A program made the translations under genes and the position numbers. Of a stretch of DNA of 63,868 nt, positions 49,101-60,265 are shown one piece after another (the stretch's first letter is position 1; each line of letters begins with the position of its first letter). Under the pieces are notes generated by a model. The model worked only from the letters and a program-made list of their open reading frames with translations, searched no databases and was not told the origin of the DNA. This DNA comes from Acanthaster planci (Eukaryota). The stretch spans positions 2,890,861 to 2,954,728 of the forward strand of contig NW_019091359.1 in NCBI RefSeq assembly GCF_001949145.1, in the 5' to 3' direction.

Positions 49101-52100
49101 GGCCATTGATAATCCCAAATTAGCAAGCCATGAAAGATCACAGATAATTTCTGAGGACCTAATTTGTGACACTTCCCAGGGTTACAAGTGCTTCTGGTAA
49201 AAAAAATACAGAGACTGACATTGGCAAAAGACACTACAAACATCTACCAAAAGAAACCCAGTGCACTTACAATGAGGGTCCGTGGTTAGTGCACCTTACT
49301 TCTTTGGTTAGATGTTCATAGTGAGATGATCTGATTAGGACATGTGACATACCCTCTGATGCTACACCCTAACCATCCATCCTCATCAGCAATGATGGTC
49401 ACTCGCTTCACCTTTGACCCATCAGCCTCATCTTGGTTGTTGTTATGGCTACTGTTGCCATGCTTACTGTTGCTTGTAGCACTCTTGACAGATTGATGGC
49501 TGCTACTTGATCTAGCACTACTGACCTCACTCCTGGTTTTAAACAAAGAACTCGTAAATTGAAGTATTACCTAATTCACAGTTGTATGTTTCTCTATAGT
49601 TTCTAAATCTTTATTTTGGTAGGTTTCAATTTGGAGGCATTCCTTGAGGAGATCTTGCATATAAAAATCTTTTTCTTCAGATTTAGCTTTAAAGATTTTC
49701 AAAGTTTAGTTTAACATTTTTGTAAAATCTATACTTTTAGCACGAGGCTTTCGGTCCAACTGTCATGTATATGTTTAGCTTTAAGATTTGTTAAGCTTTA
49801 TAGAAAGTTTTTGAATGGTCAAGTCATATCACTCTTTACCTAGGTGTTCCATCTGGTGTTGATCCTGGCATTGTGCCAACTGGTGCCACATACAAGGTCA
49901 GTCGGCGTGCAGACTTGAGTGCCACAACAGCCTGGGCATGGGTGATGCTTTTGAAGGGTGTGTCGTTGACCTTCAAAATCCGCTCACCAGCCTTCAGTCC
50001 CTGTGTGGTGTGAAACACAAGAAATGATCAAGAAAACTTCCACATGTTGGAGATGGAGAACACAAAAATTGAAACTGATCTTGTGTCAACTTTGTGTGTC
50101 ACTTTTTTGAAAGCACTTTCAATTCCAGAGATTTAGTTTCTCATTTTCATTACGAAACCTTCCCTGTTGCTCTGGACAACTTTGTGTGTCACTTCTTTGG
50201 GGATCATTTTAGTACCACTGCTTAAGATAAGCTAGGAGTCTGTGTAAAGATGCATGTACAGTCGATCCTCGTTATTAGGAAATCCATGGGATGAAGAATC
50301 GTTCGTTGTATCCGAAATTTGTTGAAGATGGAACGCAGTGCAATGGCTTCGGTGTATTAAATGAATAGGTTCAATTGTGCACAATACCATGAACAATGTA
50401 CTGTACATGCATACCCGTGAACATGGTTGATGTTACATCAAAAAGATATCTCGGTTAGGATTGATCAAGTATATTGTGATGTGTTTAGTAACTTCACTGT
50501 CATATGACAATAGGTTTAATGTGCAAATGAGATTAAAAAACAACATGTGGGAAAGCATCGATCCAAGGATTTTTAAAAGACTTTTGATCACCATGGATGA
50601 TGACGAAGCTATCAGTAACTAACCTGCATGCACATGTAAGCCTGTGTATACCTACAAGAATATGAAGACTCGTCAACTGGAAACCCCATCCACGTGAGTA
50701 GACTTTTGATTTTTGACACTAGCTGTATGACACGATTGATAAATAGTCCAAGTTCACTCGCCCACTGTGGCGCGGCCGCATGCATGCAAGATGGTCGCAG
50801 AAGAAGCATGACGTCATGAAGGAACATTGCGATTGGATAGCTGTGTCTTGCAAATGTACGTCATGAAAACACACAGTCTCATTGGCGGGTACGCTACATC
50901 TTCTTGCAGAAGTATGAATAATTCAGTGTGGGCGATTGTTGGGCTCTTGAGATGCGAGAATAGTCAAGCCAACTTATTTTGGGTCATATTTTTATTGGAA
51001 TTGGGAAGAGAATTTTTGTTTTGGCATTTATGTAATCAGTGTAAAAATTATTGATTTTTTAATCGTCCACTACACTTGTCATGACAACAGGAAACTGGCA
51101 AACGATGTCTGTATATCACGTTGTAAGTGTGGGTGATGCAGCTGGCCGGGGCGGGTGATAAGCCTTGTGCTGCGGCTGGAAATTTTGTGGAAAGACACTC
51201 GCTTCGAGTACGAGCAGAGAACCTGCAGTGTTTCTTCAACTTGCAACTATAGAGCTGCATTCGTATACAATGAAGAGGAACATACAACCTTTTTGGGCAG
51301 GAACTGTACATTGACTGGTTACCACATTTCCACCATGCCTTCGTTGCCAACGGTTCAGCCCGGCGGGAACAAGTGTGGTGCTCTACACACGTTTTTCCAC
51401 CACCGCGATTTGCAAACGCTCGTTATAAATGGGTCCTCAACAATGATTTTTCAGGCAACAGAGTCATGATAACCTTTCATTGTAACAGGAATTTCGTACA
51501 ATGCAGTTTTGCTGTAACAGATTTTCTCCCCATAGAAATGTGCACATTTTCGCCGGGATCACAGATTAGTGTTTCTTATAACCGGACTTTCATTATGGCA
51601 GATTTCGTAATAACGAGAGTCGACTGAACATGTGAATAAAACGGGTTCATTGTTTTACAAAAAAAGTGTTATTCTTTACATGTCTGTCAGCTTGTCCACC
51701 AGGATCAACCGTGGAGACATAGATTCCAGCATTCAAGTCTTTGCCACCTCGGATACTGAAGCCAAGAGTCTCGTTCTCACGATGTGTCAACTTGACCTTC
51801 CTGATCTGAATGGGTTGGGAGGAGGTAGCAGAGGACAATGATGTCTTGGGTGTGGTCTTCTCCTCACTGCCTTGATGCTGCTCACTGCTGGAGTTGAGGG
51901 CAAGAGGCGGGACCTTGAAAAAGAAGGAGGGTACATTTGAAACTATCTGGAGCACGTCAAAAAGCTTTGAATGGTCTAGAACTTTTTCCAGTTTAGGGAG
52001 TCAAGTTGGCGTGGTAGCTCTTTTCCCCCTTCCACCTCTGCAGCTTGGGTTCGAATCCCACCCAGGTCAGCATGTGGAATGGGTCTCAGTCCCTGCCTGA

Positions 52101-52979
52101 TTCCATAGATTTTCTCTGGAAAAATTGATCTGCGGTTTTCCTTACACCTCTAAAACTGACCATTTCTTCATTGCGAGGGTCCAGAATGATCAGCATCTGC
52201 CGGACTGTTACCATCTTTATAGATTGTTCTAAGTAAATAAATAAAATGACTAAAAATTCAAATTTTCAAAACACAAAGGAACAAAAACTTGATCTCCAAT
52301 TTCAGACGTACGTATCGACTACAACATTCAAATTTCAATGTCTCAGAGAACAACTTATATGTACCTCTAATTCTTGAGAATGATTTCTCCCCAGGTCTAC
52401 ATGTACCTCCATTGTACGGCTCCGTTTGTGCTCCTTTCTCCCTTCTGAGGACCTGGAGCTGTCTCTACGGACCCTGATTAAGTCAGCTCTCCTGGAAGGA
52501 CTGTTATTGACTGCTTTACGGACTTCTTTCTGGTGAGCAGTTAACACAGCCTTGTTTCTAGCTTCTAGGCCCATGGCTGCTCGGATCTGCTCTACAGGGA
52601 GTAGCACCTTAGAAGAGGACTTCCGCTTGATGAGTCTCCCGCTTCCATTTGGGGCAGCCTCCTTAGAAATGTCCCTACTGCCATGTGATGAGCTGATCCT
52701 ATCCAGAATCTGCGGTCGGATCTGGGACTGATAGCCCTCGAAGTTCAGACAGCAAAGGTGGTCAAAATCCTCCTGTAGGTCCTCGGGAATCATTGGGAAG
52801 ATGGCCTCCAGAAGGACCATCTTCTCCTGGGTGTTGAGCAGGCTTCGCAGTGTGGTGCAGAACGTTAAGACGGATTTGGTCTGTTTGAAGGCTTGGATGG
52901 CTTGCTTGAGGGCAGCGCACTCTCTCTCTTTGAGATGCCTGTGCGCTAGGGTGCGCAGGTGATGCCCAGTGCTCGTCAT
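45239..52979 (-). CDS. Whirlin/harmonin/PDZD7-family PDZ scaffold (harmonin-homology domain + 2 PDZ + disordered tail), 9 coding exons, ~803 aa
   Basis: complement(join(45239..46135,46736..46824,47367..47456,47886..47976,48804..48900,49353..49532,49840..50000,51680..51913,52407..52979)); GT-AG, phase-consistent, 2412 nt. HHD: LRSLLNTQEKMVLLEAIFPMIPEDLQEDFD. PDZ1: LGFSIRGG...GIYVSTVDPGGQA...GLKAGERILKVN...ITHAQAVVALK. PDZ2: LGCSIRGGVDY...VDPMSPAYRAGL...VNG...LTHEQIV. Confidence 0.88.
46736..46824 (-). CDS. Whirlin-like gene exon 8
   Basis: ttccag| ESKPPSHPSLTQSPKQTGRLAANFAEFEL |gtaaga; phase 1-0. Confidence 0.78.
47367..47456 (-). CDS. Whirlin-like gene exon 7
   Basis: attcag| PKKSSESQKGKVKHRRSQTADAALVSPRP |gtaagg; phase 1-1. 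Confidence 0.78.
47886..47976 (-). CDS. Whirlin-like gene exon 6 (PDZ2 end)
   Basis: ttgcag| VNGVSVEGLTHEQIVSLVTASNVVVLHVKP |gtgagt. Confidence 0.92.
48804..48900 (-). CDS. Whirlin-like gene exon 5 (PDZ2)
   Basis: atacag| GVDYELDVTVANVDPMSPAYRAGLKKGLYITK |gtaggc. Confidence 0.92.
49353..49532 (-). CDS. Whirlin-like gene exon 4 (linker, PDZ2 start)
   Basis: aaccag| SEVSS...WLGCSIRG |gtatgt. Confidence 0.9.
49840..50000 (-). CDS. Whirlin-like gene exon 3 (PDZ1, second half)
   Basis: acacag| GLKAGERILKVN...DGTP |gtaaag. Confidence 0.92.
50259..51626. mobile_element. Non-autonomous Tc1/mariner (pogo/Tigger-like) DNA transposon, 1368 bp
   Basis: 26-bp TIRs cagtcgatcctcgttattaggaaatc vs revcomp cagtcgactctcgttattacgaaatc (23/26 identical); TA on the left, AA on the right; CpG-richer interior; no recognisable transposase ORF. 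Confidence 0.8.
51680..51913 (-). CDS. Whirlin-like gene exon 2 (PDZ1, first half)
   Basis: ttcaag| VPPLAL...LGFSIRGG...GGQADRH |gtaaag. Confidence 0.88.
51995..52246 (+). mobile_element. tRNA-derived SINE remnant (V/Meta-domain-like)
   Basis: B box GGGTTCGAATCCC, then catgtggaatgggtctcagtccc...ttttctctgg...cggttttcc, and a (taaa)n tail. Confidence 0.65.
52407..52979 (-). CDS. Whirlin-like gene coding exon 1 (harmonin-homology domain)
   Basis: ATG at 52979 (MTSTGHHLR...), ends RSRTME|gtacat; upstream acceptor ccttag| before 53048. Confidence 0.85.
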
Positions 52980-55861
52980 ACTGGATGGATTCCTGACAAG
53001 TCTCAATGATCCAAAAACTTGCAGACGATTTTAAAGTCAAAAGATATTCTAAGGAATCAAAGTTAAAAAGATCAATGATTTCAAATTTTTTTTAAATGCA
53101 CACATTAGGAGTGACCACAGCTTTAAAATATTGCCTGTTCATGTGATGCTGTTTCCCCCCCCCCACCCCTCAAAAAAAAACAAAACCTCGAGGGGGAAAA
53201 ACTGAGAACGTGGCTTCATTTGATCAACAGTCATTCAGTATGCCAACATAAACACTGAGACAGCCAAGATACTGGTGGACAATTGAATGGTGCGTTTCTG
53301 TGATGCTTTCAGCGTACAGCTACATATGGCCAAATTACGATGACAAACAATACTATTTCCATTTCTGGAATCTTGATCATTCCAAAAGAATGGTTTAATG
53401 CCAACTTCCTTAATGAAAAAAAGAAGTTCAGTAATGGTTCTTTAGAAACTTACTGGCAACCACAAGCAGGTCTGCAGTGGTTGAGAAGTTACACCCCCAA
53501 CAAAAATACACGTAGGAAATAACAATAACAGAATCCTGCTAACTCTCAAAAGCTTAAAATCCCTCTTCAGCAAGAAATGCAACATTCACATCTCGATTAG
53601 CTTTTTGTATTTTGCAGTACTGAAGCCATTGTTGAAGACAGATTTCAGAAGAGTCCTATTTTTACAATTTTTCTGACTGTCCTTAGCATGTGTCTCTCAT
53701 TAGCCAAACCATCTGCCACTTCTCATCAATGAAGTCTTCTGCCTTTGTTAATATTACCGTTCCTTCCCCCTTTCACCGTGTAGGCATATTGCTGGGAGTG
53801 CCACCGGTAATGGGAGCTCCATGGTAACCTTGGCAACAGATGGTATTCTGACAGCTGCTGTCTTTGTCAAACAAATTTGTTTCTACAAAGTACACAGCAC
53901 AATGCGCATAACTCGATCAAGGTCCTTGGTAATAATTATGACATACATGTACCCCCCCCGGTACCTTTAGGTTTAACAAATCTCAAAAACCTTACAAGAG
54001 GACTACGCTAGCTGTATTTCCATTGCTCATCCCAGCTGCAATGACCCTCTTTTTCCCTTAACAATTACATGTACATGGGGATGCTGTCCATTATTGCATT
54101 CTTTCCCACCAGCACAATACCCATATTTAATGATGTCTCATACAGCATAACTGACAATACGTCTGTTGACTTTTTGGAGTGTAATTTATCAATGCATTAT
54201 CTGTATTGGCAGTTAGTTCAGATAGCATGGGGAGGACTCTCATCCATCTAATACAATATTGAATGTAATTGCCCGTAAGCAGGCAACCACCCAGGCTGCT
54301 AGAGCATTCAACACATAGAACGATGATAATGCTATGCCAACAACCAAGTACATGTACAGTGAATAGATAGCAAGGTGGGTCAGGGCAAGGAATCACTGCT
54401 TCTCTCTGACATATATAAGTGAAATTGAACAAAGAAATTTAGCATGTCTTTATAAATGACAGGCAATGGATATTTGACTGAAAACAAATTCTTGATATGA
54501 TTTTGCAGTTGTACATGGCGGAACGGCATCTGAAAATGTGCAGTGGGTGTTTTGGGGACTTAGAAATTTTACGATGACAACACTTCATCTCGCTCCATGC
54601 TAACATAGTCATTGTTAATTAAGACTTATTGCAATTTCAAATTTTATTTCCCTTTAAAACGTCATCCAGAGTGATGATAAACAAAAACAAAAGTGAACTA
54701 TCCTGCAATTTGGTGTGGGATTAACAATAAAGGACAATATTACAACTTTCTTGGGTAGGAAAATAAAATGGTCAAGGCTCACTGTCTCAAACCTCAAATT
54801 GGGGATTTCGGTTTCTATTCACTGGGCCATGCACTCATTCATTCTGTTAAGGAAATTCAGTACAGTAATTAGATTGTACATGTAGAGTTCAACGCCGGCT
54901 GAATAAAAATATAAAAAAATTAACATGCGATGAGTTCAGGACAAAATAAACACTGTCAAATAGCATTTCAGTTGAAGTACTGACCCTACCAAATTGCCTG
55001 CTCAACATACATGTAGCATTTAGCATGATGACGGTACTGATCTGAGCTGAACTGCATTGGTGGTACAAATTGATTTGAATGAAAGTACTGTCCCAATACA
55101 AGTTCAAGTGCTCATGATTGTACACGTTTCCTTAACTGAGGAATTAATTGGTTAAAGTACGAGTCGGCCAACGTACACGAATGATTTGATACAGCAATGA
55201 AGGTATGAGTGGACTTTTACTTCCTTCAAAACTTTGCACTCGCTGTTCACTCCATCTCTCCCACCCCACACGATCAGGCATGTCAGGCCTGATCTAGTAT
55301 TGAAACTCCAGCCGTGATGTTCATGACATCTGCAAATTAAATTTCCAGATGTCATGAGCATTAAAGCTAGGCCTAGGTTACTCAGCATGACAGCACATGT
55401 ACATTAGAACTCTGTTTGATGATTTCTACTAAACTTTTCTTGCCTCAATTGCGTAGGCCTACACTGTATCTTGGCAATTTTTTAAAATTTATTTTCGGTA
55501 AGAAATTTTCAGATTAATACGTTAAAAATTCAAATTTGTTTATTTTTATTCAATAACAAAGAGCGAATTACTTTCCCAGCTTATTACAGACTTGATACCT
55601 GGCCTGACATGTACCTACATGTACTGTCAGTACGCATGTAAACATGATAGAGGGCCTCCTCAACGAAGCTTAAGTTACGATCTGATAAAACGCAACACAA
55701 AATCGTTCCTTTCGACAAGTAAATCGTGGCAAAGGTTTAATGCAAAGACAATCAACAGATACAAGGTTACCTATGCTCGTAATTCCAACCATTCTGAACA
55801 GTTGTTGGTCAAAAGCAGAGCAAGAAGTGGAAAAATTTGAACATTTTTCGTACTTACTTAC

Positions 55862-56367
55862 GTTCAACACGCTACACTTTCAGTTTCACTCGTTACTCTG
55901 TGGACGGAATGCAATTTACATCCGGGCACTTGTCTCCAGGCGCCGAAGCGTTAAAAACGGGGGCTTGATTGGCCAGTTTGTTGAGAGGCAAGATGCCATT
56001 GGTTACCAATAAGAGTTATTGAGACCAATCAATTAAAGCTTCACGCTGCCAAACTTTCTAGCTACTGTGTTACGCAATGGGGATTTAAAAGGCGTGGTGC
56101 GAGCATAGACGTGAATCATACTTAAGAATAACTTATTAATGATCTATTAAGGGGACAAAAGTAGCACTCAAAGGCGAACACGCATAAGTGCTACAGGTCG
56201 AGACAGCGTTGTAGAAAAGTGGGTTTCGAATTAGCTACCGGTATATTAATTTTCTTTTCTTTTTTTAATTTTGAACATTTTTTATCTCAAAAATCATTAA
56301 TATTCATTACAAAGGCACGCATTGCTTATGACCAAGGTCAACACTTGCCTCTTGACGCTCTTCAAAG
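55862..56367. promoter_or_regulatory. Bidirectional promoter region with CCAAT-box cluster between divergent genes
   Basis: ATTGG 55968 and 55998, CCAAT 56006 and 56025, raised CpG; minus-strand donor (gaac|gtaagt) at 55862 and plus-strand donor (aag|gtgaat) at 56367 suggest 5'UTR exons on both sides. Confidence 0.6.
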
Positions 56368-56507
56368 GTGAATACTAGAATTCCATCTGGCTATTTCATC
56401 CATTACAAATAGGCTTACGTGTAATAACTACAGTATAGCAATATAGTCTCATACAACTGAATAATTTTTCTCGCAGTTCATGTCCATATAGTCGCTCAAG
56501 GCTCAGT

Positions 56508-56883
56508 ATGATGTCGAATTCCTTAACTTTACTCTGGCCTTTAACTGTTTCATTGAGCCTGTGGTGTTGGGTTAATGTTCATTTCATCATTATGATAACC
56601 ATCAGCTGCTGCTTCCCTTACACTGCATCACAGCTTCTCGATGAAACCACACCAGCTCCGCTGTCCCAACCGAGCTGTGAATTCCAGGATGTTCTCTATG
56701 GCGTAGGGAGCTTGGTGCGGAAGTACGATATATGTAGGGAGTGTGTGTGTCAGGTACCAGTGCTGGGAGGGCAACCAAAGATCGTCTGTCCCGTCGCTAA
56801 GGTTTGCCAGAATCGCATTGATGAATGCCCCACTGGAGCGTCTACGATGTGGCTGATTTGTAAATGTCCTTATTGTTACAAAG
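56508..56883 (+). CDS. VWC/FAMeT gene coding exon 1 (signal-like segment + VWC)
   Basis: acceptor tcgcag at 56476, ATG 56508, ends CPYCYK g|gtataa. Confidence 0.82.
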
Positions 56884-59493
56884 GTATAACCTTTTCGTCA
56901 AAGGTTTTCAGCAGTTTCATGCAAAGGAATCCCTCTTATTGCTTGATTCGCATTGTATTGCTGCAGATAAGTCTGCATATTTCGTTTAGAACTTTGCTTG
57001 TTCCATTCATATTGTTTATAATAATATTGTTTGAACTGTCTTCTCTTTATCTTCAGTGTAACGAAGACAACATCATTAACAGTATGTCATGTACTATTGG
57101 TGTCATCTTTTCATCTCATCAGATCCTTTCATTATACACACGTACACAACATCTCCGACTTACTACTACCAGTATCATCCTGTTGCCTTGGCAACCAACC
57201 GCATCGTTGTCCACATCGAGGCAACCAATGATGCCTATCTGGCATTCTCTGCCGAGCCCCGAGATTTGCCGAAAATGTACGAGATTGTCTTGGGTGGTTG
57301 GCAGAACAAGTACAGCGTGTTGCGTCGATGCAAACAGTGTCGGGTCCTTGCCTGGGCCCCGACCAATGGTGAGTCTATCGACTCTTATTGCAACTTTTCA
57401 GCCAAATAGAAGTACCCCAACCTTATCATCCTTTTATATCCGACGCAATTTCAACCTTTAGAAGCAACAATACCGCTGTATTGTGATTCTGCTAGAAGTT
57501 ATACATCCCACTAGATAATGAAATAAATTTAATTTAATCCAAACAGTTTAGGACTCATACAACTTACCAAAGTTATGCAATCATTTGACGACACTCCCCA
57601 AACAGACAACCTACACACCCTTGCATTTGTTTTCCAGATTGGGATTTTTTTTGCTAGTGAGAAGGTGGGACAAGGAACAAACCCGTATTCTTGAATGAAT
57701 CTATTTTGTGCCCAAATTGAGAATTGTTGCGTACGTCATGTCTTGTGAATTGCATTGCATGATTTATTACCATTCGAAAAACGAAATCAAAAATGAGATT
57801 ATTTGAAGTTCAATTTTGTTATTTCCCCTTTGACAATGCTGTTTTGTCTCTCAAACTGGTCAGCCAAGTTTAATTTTCACTTCCAGGAATTCTCCCCAAC
57901 AAAGTGGATCAATCCTTCTGGATAAGGTTCGATGATGGCGTAGTTGCGATTGGCCTTACTGGATTCCCGTCTTTGTTTCAGTATCATGACCCTGACCCTC
58001 TACCTGTGCGTTACGTTGGGTTCGCAACCAGACTAGGAAGCGCCGGAACGTTCCGTTTCATCGATATGGGTAAGGCAGTTTCACCCCCGAAAATTCAGAA
58101 CTAAATTGTTAATAACTAAATTGAAAATTATACCCGATACGGATTCTTACATCTACCCAACAAGTTCCTGCACTGTACAAACACTGTGAAATTTTTAGTC
58201 CAAGTTACTGTTTTTTGATCGATTTCTTTTCCAGTTTAGAAAAATGTTTTAAAATTATTCATTGAATTCTTCCTTAATTTAGACAATACCCCACCCTGCT
58301 GCTATTATGTGTTACGTGTTATCCATGTTATGCACAAAACAATATGGTCAAGGATTGTTGGTCGCCACCCTGAACAAACCGCAGCATCGCCAAGAGGGGT
58401 CAATCATTTTTCTGGTTCTTTTCAACCTTATATAGACCTTTTTGTTTCCTCTTTAGACGCTATCGAACACATCACAGTCAACTTTGAGCCAAGTGGAGGT
58501 ACATTGGTACATTTTCTTCGCTATTTGATTCTCAATTCCCCTGTCAACAAAACATCAATTTTTGATCATGAAGTTTTTCTGTCCGTGACTGTGTGGAACA
58601 CTTTTTCAAAAAACAAACAAAAATAAACCCTTTTATGCTCGGCATTGGGACAAATGACAATAATCCAAGGGGTCGATATAAGATCTTTTGCAAAGTTTTG
58701 TCCTACAATGGGTGCTGACAGTTTGTACATGATAACTGATAAGTGTACGTGAGGATGGGAGTCCATCGAGCAAAAACAAGACAGCTATCAAGAGAGACTA
58801 GATTCCATATTACACCAGGATTCAAAGTAAATCCTGGCTACACTGGTGGCCAAGCTTAGCAAAAGTTGTGAAACGAACAAGAAGTTATATGTGATATGAA
58901 TACCCATGCCGAACAAAAAAACAACACATTACTTTTTCACAATGTTCCCCTAACAGCTGCGTATTCAGTGGAATTTGACTTAAAACTCTTCTTTCATCTA
59001 TATGAAATTTCTTTCTTGACTTGATTATCATTTAGATTTTACTGGATGTTCGCCTGTTGTGACGGTTGATGAAAAAAGTTCCCCGACTGTCATGCCTGGC
59101 CCGGTTCCATCTAACTTCGTTTTTCTGTACATTAGCTCCAACACCGATGTCATCGTTTCGCTATCAAACGACAAAGACCCGAGCGGCTCCGAAACGTATC
59201 GCATTTTAATTGGTCACGGCACTGGGGTCCGCTCGTCCATCGTTTATTGCAGTGAAGAAGATCAGCGCTGTGCGGAGGTCTTCTCCGCCGAAACATTCAA
59301 TTTGCTCGGGCAAGACCGCATGTACGGATTTTGGCTCGACGCTGGTCAGACAGCAGAGGGCGCTATTACATTTGGCCGCGAAGGGCATCCAGCGTTTTTG
59401 AGCTTTCGTCCAGAAATAAATCTACTTAGAGAAGGTTTTCATGTATCTATCTCTGTCCATCATACTGGCTTGGCAAATGTTATCATTTGTTAA
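56508..59493 (+). CDS. Probably secreted protein with VWC-like domain and two farnesoic acid O-methyltransferase-like (Methyltransf_FA) domains, 4 coding exons, 420 aa
   Basis: join(56508..56883,57123..57368,57887..58069,59036..59493), all phase-1 GT-AG introns, 1263 nt. Hydrophobic N-terminus; CEFQDVLYGVG...DICRECVC...IVC...CKCPYC (VWC-like); ATNDAYLAFS...MYEIVLGGWQNKYSVLRRC...FWIRFDDG...DPDPLPVRYVGFAT (FAMeT-like); a second divergent repeat in the last exon; AATAAA at 59498. Confidence 0.87.
57123..57368 (+). CDS. VWC/FAMeT gene exon 2
   Basis: catcag| PFIIHT...YEIVLGGWQN...WAPTN |gtgagt. Confidence 0.9.
57887..58069 (+). CDS. VWC/FAMeT gene exon 3
   Basis: ttccag| ILPNKVDQSFWIRF...FRFIDM |gtaagg. 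Confidence 0.9.
59036..59493 (+). CDS. VWC/FAMeT gene exon 4 (second FAMeT-like repeat; stop)
   Basis: atttag| FTGCSP...YRILIGHG...YGFWLD...ITFGREG...NVIIC-stop. Confidence 0.85.
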
Positions 59494-59497
59494 TGCA

Positions 59498-59503
59498 AAT
59501 AAA
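59498..59503 (+). terminator. Polyadenylation signal of the VWC/FAMeT gene
   Basis: AATAAA 5 nt after the stop, followed by GT-rich tgttttgtgttt. Confidence 0.6.
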
Positions 59504-60164
59504 AGGACATTCTATCGTATGTTTTGTGTTTCAGAGAGAAAAAGCTTGCAGTTTAGAGGATTTTTGCTTTTCTGGTTAAAATGAATACAAATGGCGTACC
59601 ACATGCCCTTTTCATAACAGTACTGCATGTTTATTGAAAGCATTTGTTTAGTTGAGTTGTCCACTGTTTAATACTTTGATCCATTCCTTCTCTCCTTCCT
59701 TGAAAAATCTGGAACTGTTTTGGGTGATAAAATTAGTTTAAGTTTATACTTTGAGAGGTAGGCCTACTTTCAGAAGTGTGCAGCGTAATATTCTACCTTG
59801 CTCTGGAAGCCGTGAATAAATAGTGACCGTTTCTTCACCTTCTTTAGGAAATTGATTTCTTAGGCATGTGTTACCAGTATTGAAGCCACATTGTCTCGGT
59901 TGTAAGACGCCTTCCCATAAACGTGTTTTCAGTGCTTCTCTTTTTCGTATGCTTGAGTTGTGGTGAGCGCCCACTGAACTTTTGAGGAGGAATGTGCATG
60001 CGGTAAACCGAATAGGCATTCATGGCATGACGGCCTAAATGCACAGGGATTTGAAAAAAATATATCCATCAGCCTACCAAAATGATGGTAATATGAATAA
60101 GAACCAACCCAGGATTTACCGACTTGGGAAAGTTGGAATATTGTGTATATAAGGACACCATGCT

Positions 60165-60265
60165 CAGTAGCGTAGCTGGAGGGGGTGGGGTGGGGCAATT
60201 TCCCCCTTCTGTCAAGTTTTGTAGGACCACCCCCTACTTCTAAGGAGAACCTGGTTACGCCACTG
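60165..60265. mobile_element. Short hAT-like MITE
   Basis: Ends cagtagcgtagct / ggttacgccactg are imperfect TIRs; 8-nt flanks accatgct/gtcatgcc share 5 of 8. Confidence 0.55.

Noticed and set aside
57182..57195. X-box GTTGCCTTGGCAAC
   Set aside because: Lies within a coding exon (VALAT) and is explainable by codons; no independent support.
56884..57461. 317-aa read-through ORF giving a membrane-anchored VWC isoform
   Set aside because: Good splice sites remove a 239-nt T-rich intron; the hydrophobicity reflects T-richness and read-through puts the FAMeT exon out of frame.
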